Of a stretch of 64,000 bases of DNA, positions 60,108 to 64,000 are shown in pieces (within the stretch, counting starts at the first letter, position 1; each line of letters opens with the position of its first letter). Below the pieces are notes generated by a model that made no database searches, was not told the DNA's origin, and saw only the letters and a list, made by a program, of their open reading frames with translations. Both the position numbers and the translations under genes were made by a program. This DNA is from Ostreococcus lucimarinus (taxonomy: Eukaryota). Where the stretch lies: the NCBI GenBank assembly GCA_000092065.1, contig CP000586.1. One strand, written 5' to 3'.

Positions 60108-60162
60108 TTTTTGCATTAGCGGCTACAATTTTTTACACACATTCAATCTATATGTTTTGTTT

Positions 60163-63100
60163 CTAATTTTTCTCTTCGTCTCCTTCCCCAAAGTCGTCTT
60201 CAAGCTTCTTCCTTGGGCTCGTTTTCTCTGTCTCGCCTCTCTGCGCCAAGAACCGCGCGCGCGGCGACACCGCGGTGGGATCGCTCGGTGAAGGTTCTCT
60301 CTTCCCAGTAGGCGATCGAATCGGTGAAGCTTTCTTCGTTTTACTGATGAGCTCGGCGTGCATGGCATCGACGGTATCGAATACGCGCACTGGCTTAGGC
60401 TTTGGACTGAGCTTTTTCTTCAGCACCTTTTGCTCCTCGCGCGCCTTTTCAAGACGAAGTTTCAAAGCATCTGCGGCTTCTTCTGCCTTGATCGAATCGC
60501 GCACGTTATCGAAAATGGTCAAGAAATCGCTCACAACTCGAAGGATGTGAGTGGGATTATCTGGCTTGTACGGCTCGCCGTAAAATTCAGTCACCCGCTT
60601 CGCCGACTCGACTGCGCCGAGCGACAGTTCAGAAGCTTCCTTGAGTTTCTCATCCATGGTCTCCGCGAACGGTGCCATCTTCGCATGAAACGCTTTATGA
60701 ACCTCTTCGCCGAGAACACCCGCGGCATGTAGTATTTCATCCTTGACTTTTGTCAAACCGTCTTGTAACTTACCCAAATTCGCGGATGTCGTTTCGATTG
60801 AAAGCGCCGCCGCCTTCTTGACGACGGCGAGATCGGTGGAAAGATTACCGATTCCAGGCTCTGTCTTTACCAGTTCTTTGTAAACAAAGTGCAACAAAGA
60901 TGTCTTTCTATCCACAGCTTTGAAATCTTTCAGCCGAAGGAGCATGTCGAGTCTAAAACCAGACGCAGATCCACGGTACGAGCCAGTGTTCAAATGATTG
61001 CCGACAACTAAAACACCCCTCAAGACTTTTACGAAAAGAGTGCTTTCTCGCAAGCAATCCGACGCTTCGGAAAGTAATCTGTACTCACTAGTCACCTTCA
61101 ACAACGCGTCTGACGCGAGCGATTTGTACAGCAGAGAGTTTACCCGACCTTCGAGTCGTGGGATTTGCATGACGTGCATGAAATATTGCTCGACCGTCGC
61201 CAACTCTTCCTTTGCGCCCTTGTAATCCATTATGAGTGTGATCTCTTTTGACGTCGGCACGGTCGAAGATATGACTTCAAGTTGCTCAGACTGCAAAACT
61301 TCGTCATCCATGGCGAGTAAAGCATCCTTAATCCGATCGAAAGGCATTCTCAAACCAGCGAGCTGAATGCTGATGTTGAGTGAGCGCTTTTGATCAATCA
61401 AAGTGACGCTCTTCTGCTTCTTCGCCGCCGCCTTGGCCTTAGCTTTCGCTTCTTCGATAGCAAATAACTGATCGAGGCTTTCAAGATTCAATGACAATTC
61501 GTCCTTGTTGGCATTCTCCCACACAGTGCCTCCGATGGCGCCTCCTTGAAGTTTCTCCCAGTGTAACATTTTCACCTTCTTGCGAGCCTTTTGAGCCCAC
61601 GCGTGCGCGTTTGCGATGGCAGCAATGCCCATCTTTGGCGGTACTGGTGGTGCTGCAGGAACACTGGATTTGAAACCTGGAGGAGGTGGAGGAGGCGGAG
61701 GCGCGGGTGCGCTTACACTCGAAGATTTGAACCCAGGAGGAGCCGGTGGCGGCGGAGGCGCAGGAGGCGCGACGCCTGTCGCACGTTTGAAACCAGGAGG
61801 CGCTGGCGGAGGTGGAGGTGCCGGTGGAACTGTCGCTTTTGAAACTGACGATTTGAAGCCAGGTGGAGGTGGTGGGGGTGGCGGAGGCGGTGCGACTTTC
61901 CCAGAAGCCTTCGGTGGAGGAGGAGGAGGAGGAGGAGGAGGAGGAGGAGGAGGAGGAGGAGCCACCAACGGCGATGTCTTTGATGAAGGAGCAGGAGGAG
62001 CAGGAGGAGCAGGAGGAGCGTCTAGCGCTTTAAGAACAACTGCTTTGGCTCCTCTTCCTAAGTGATCAAGATCCAACTTTGCCTTTGTCTCTGACAGCTT
62101 TGATGGCGGTGGCGGCGGCGGCGGCGGCGGCGCGTCAGAAGCTTGCTCTTGAAGAGACTCCATTTGCGCGGCAAAACCGCTGACCGGACTAACATCGCCA
62201 AGCAATGCTTTTGCAAGCTTACTATCAGCTTTCAAGACAGTCCCTGGATCCACTTCGTCCGCGATTTCTATGTCCTTCATCAATTTGATGAGCTCTTGCG
62301 TAAAGTTATTCCGCGACGCAACCTCTTCCAGTCCGCGAATTTGATTCAATTTCTTCGTCTTGACTAATGTGGCAAACTTCAGAAGTGTCTCTATTTCTTC
62401 ATTAACCGACACGGAACCCTCTGTGCTCTCATCACGCGCATCGGACTTTCCGGTGACTTGCACCAAATTATTCAGCGCTTCGCGCAGCGCACCGTCATTA
62501 TACAACGCAAGCAGATACGCCTCCTGCTCAGGCGTCAAGTCTACTCTCGGTACCGCCACTGGTGTTGCTATTGGTAAATTGACGGTAACTAGCGGAGAAT
62601 CGCCGCCAGAAAAACCGTCACCGCCAGAAAAACCGTCACCGCCAGAAAAACCGTCACCGTGCGCGACTTGCACCACCTCTTGAGGCGTGAACGCCGCATG
62701 TTCTTGCTCCGATTCCTCATCAAAATAAGCATCATCGTCGTTCTCGCTCAAGTAGTCATCTTGTCCGTACTCATCGTCGACGTAGTCGTCATCATCGCGA
62801 TATTTGTCTCCGAGGAGCGCCTGATGACTTAATTGAGCCGAGGTGCTTTCGGCGAGCCTCGTCCGAATTTTTTGCAGCGTTGAAGAAGATGCTGGCGAGC
62901 GAGCCTTACCCCCAGCTTTAAGAGTGGAGTGTATGAGAGGAATGACATCGTGAATTTGATCGTTCGCCACATGCACTGCAGAAGCGAGTACGGTAGGTAC
63001 ATCCGCTCGCGACGCTGTGCGCCTGTGAACGCGCCCACGTATCGCGCCACGCTCACCCCTGCTCGCCGCTGGTTTCCTTCTAATAATCACTGGCACTTCA

Positions 63101-64000
63101 TCCTGATCCGATTCATCCACTGGCACGTCATCCTGGCCCACGTAAGCTTCACTCTCATCGAGTTCGGACGCAGATTCGTCACTCGGCTGCTCATCGCTCT
63201 CGAAGTCTTCCAAGTCCTCGCCCGACTCCGAAATCGCCGCGCCCGCATTGTCTGAGAGATTCTTGACAGCTCGTCTCGTTCCAATCCTTCCACCCTTAGC
63301 TCGCTTGCGTAACTTTTTCCTGTGTGAAGGTTCCATTTCGGCTTTTTCTCGTTCGACTGGATCCCACTGAAACATCGGTGGAAAAACAGACGGCTGCCAA
63401 AAATCGGTGCTGTGCTCCTGGAGCCAGGGCGGAAGTTTTGTTTCGCTGAGTAAAATCCGCGACTTTGGTTTGCGCTCGATCTTAGACGCCGCAACACTGC
63501 GCAAAATATCAGTTGGATTGAAGCGAGACGCTGAGGACGTCGTCTCCCTGACATGATCGAATGTCGATTGTCCTCGCGTTGAACTTGAAAATGAAATCGT
63601 TTCGTCCGCGTCCTCGTCTTCACCCGGCATCTGAACCTTAAGTCGCGCCTTCGGATCGACGAACACTGTTTGCTTCTCGTATAGGATCAAGTAACGAAAT
63701 TCTCGCAGCAGAGTTCCAACCAGGCGAACCGCGTACTCGTTGTGTTCCCTCGACGTGTTGTTTCGCGCCGTCCGAAACACTCTCGGCGCAAACATCTCAG
63801 ACAACGTACATAACGGTTCATCTTCCTCTATGCTCGCCGTGCATCCACGAGTGACGACGAATCCAAACAGCGTCCGGTGTAAGAGCTCCGTTAACTCCGT
63901 CAAGACCTCCATTCGAGGCTTTGGCACCCGTTCAAGAAGAACTCTGAGAATGTACAGCCTCGACTCGTAGTGCTCCGTCTTGATCGCCTGCACGAACGCC
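60163..64000 (-). CDS. Formin (FH1 polyproline + FH2 domain), C-terminal ~1276 aa; the gene continues beyond the window end
   Basis: FH1 domain: PPPPPPPPPPPSK.., APPAPPAPPAP, PPPPPPPPPPPPPPPPK, PPPPPPPPPPGFK. FH2 domain: KMLHWEKL..LDQLFA..VGNHLN..LLHFV. The topmost in-frame start at 63993 is GTG, so the N-terminus lies outside the window. Confidence 0.85.
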   Translation of the reverse strand, partial: AFVQAIKTEHYESRLYILRVLLERVPKPRMEVLTELTELLHRTLFGFVVTRGCTASIEEDEPLCTLSEMFAPRVFRTARNNTSREHNEYAVRLVGTLLREFRYLILYEKQTVFVDPKARLKVQMPGEDEDADETISFSSSTRGQSTFDHVRETTSSASRFNPTDILRSVAASKIERKPKSRILLSETKLPPWLQEHSTDFWQPSVFPPMFQWDPVEREKAEMEPSHRKKLRKRAKGGRIGTRRAVKNLSDNAGAAISESGEDLEDFESDEQPSDESASELDESEAYVGQDDVPVDESDQDEVPVIIRRKPAASRGERGAIRGRVHRRTASRADVPTVLASAVHVANDQIHDVIPLIHSTLKAGGKARSPASSSTLQKIRTRLAESTSAQLSHQALLGDKYRDDDDYVDDEYGQDDYLSENDDDAYFDEESEQEHAAFTPQEVVQVAHGDGFSGGDGFSGGDGFSGGDSPLVTVNLPIATPVAVPRVDLTPEQEAYLLALYNDGALREALNNLVQVTGKSDARDESTEGSVSVNEEIETLLKFATLVKTKKLNQIRGLEEVASRNNFTQELIKLMKDIEIADEVDPGTVLKADSKLAKALLGDVSPVSGFAAQMESLQEQASDAPPPPPPPPPSKLSETKAKLDLDHLGRGAKAVVLKALDAPPAPPAPPAPSSKTSPLVAPPPPPPPPPPPPPPPPKASGKVAPPPPPPPPPPGFKSSVSKATVPPAPPPPPAPPGFKRATGVAPPAPPPPPAPPGFKSSSVSAPAPPPPPPPPGFKSSVPAAPPVPPKMGIAAIANAHAWAQKARKKVKMLHWEKLQGGAIGGTVWENANKDELSLNLESLDQLFAIEEAKAKAKAAAKKQKSVTLIDQKRSLNISIQLAGLRMPFDRIKDALLAMDDEVLQSEQLEVISSTVPTSKEITLIMDYKGAKEELATVEQYFMHVMQIPRLEGRVNSLLYKSLASDALLKVTSEYRLLSEASDCLRESTLFVKVLRGVLVVGNHLNTGSYRGSASGFRLDMLLRLKDFKAVDRKTSLLHFVYKELVKTEPGIGNLSTDLAVVKKAAALSIETTSANLGKLQDGLTKVKDEILHAAGVLGEEVHKAFHAKMAPFAETMDEKLKEASELSLGAVESAKRVTEFYGEPYKPDNPTHILRVVSDFLTIFDNVRDSIKAEEAADALKLRLEKAREEQKVLKKKLSPKPKPVRVFDTVDAMHAELISKTKKASPIRSPTGKREPSPSDPTAVSPRARFLAQRGETEKTSPRKKLEDDFGEGDEEKN
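61916..61960. repeat. (GGA)15 trinucleotide run encoding part of the formin FH1 polyproline tract (minus strand CCT/TCC)
   Basis: Read directly from the sequence. Confidence 0.9.
62604..62657. repeat. Perfect 18-bp tandem triplication (ccgccagaaaaaccgtca x3) inside the formin CDS
   Basis: On the minus strand this encodes GDGFSGGDGFSGGDGFSGGD. Confidence 0.9.

Noticed and set aside
62604-62657. CRISPR-like direct repeats (18-bp x3) and other short tandem arrays
   Set aside because: The copies are contiguous with no spacers, lie inside the formin coding frame, and the genome is eukaryotic. They are coding microsatellite/minisatellite expansions.
1-64000. Mobile elements, introner-like elements, rRNA, or prophage-like content
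   Set aside because: The three predicted introns are unrelated in sequence. No terminal repeats, transposase or reverse transcriptase or integrase ORFs, or rRNA-like conserved stretches were seen. Nearly the entire window is accounted for by single-copy protein-coding genes.

Overview
This window is a gene-dense, GC-rich (about 60%) stretch of nuclear DNA from a eukaryote, most likely a prasinophyte green alga (Mamiellophyceae, Ostreococcus or Micromonas-like). It is not prokaryotic: gene spacing averages about 1.9 kb, many genes are paired head-to-head or tail-to-tail with tiny intergenic gaps, Arg/Ala/Ser-rich N-terminal transit-peptide-like extensions are common, and a few short GT..AG introns are present. 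I support about 38 protein-coding genes by reading them against known families. The confident ones are CCT4, strumpellin (WASHC5; partial), organellar ribosomal protein L13, MnmG/GidA, a sigma-70 factor, NDUFAF7, a PPR protein, an AP2 factor, LpxC, a DEAD-box helicase, RPS12, an ankyrin protein, IMP 5'-nucleotidase ISN1, a GRAM/VASt lipid-transfer protein, a CPBP protease, a thioredoxin-domain membrane protein, a KUA1-type MYB, a UBE2Q-like E2, EMC4, UBC9, a 2372-aa Piezo channel, SMC4, an MT-A70-like methyltransferase, a homogentisate prenyltransferase, a ferredoxin-domain protein and a formin (partial). The remainder are lineage-specific or unidentified proteins. I found no tRNA, rRNA, CRISPR array or transposon. 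Three genes need introns that the ORF track does not show: L13 (271 nt), SMC4 (116 nt, splitting the P-loop) and the MYB (314 nt). Note that the ORF track starts ORFs at GTG/TTG as well as ATG and prints them as M, so I re-derived start codons from the sequence. The track also lists many long low-complexity ORFs that are antisense GC artefacts. The most interesting items for follow-up are a tandem pair of paralogous Cys-motif proteins of unknown family (37235-40282), a type II membrane protein with three 4-Cys repeats (56173-57726), a eukaryotic LpxC, a zinc-finger-less MT-A70 methyltransferase, the Piezo homolog and two paralogous proteins with a C-terminal J-domain.
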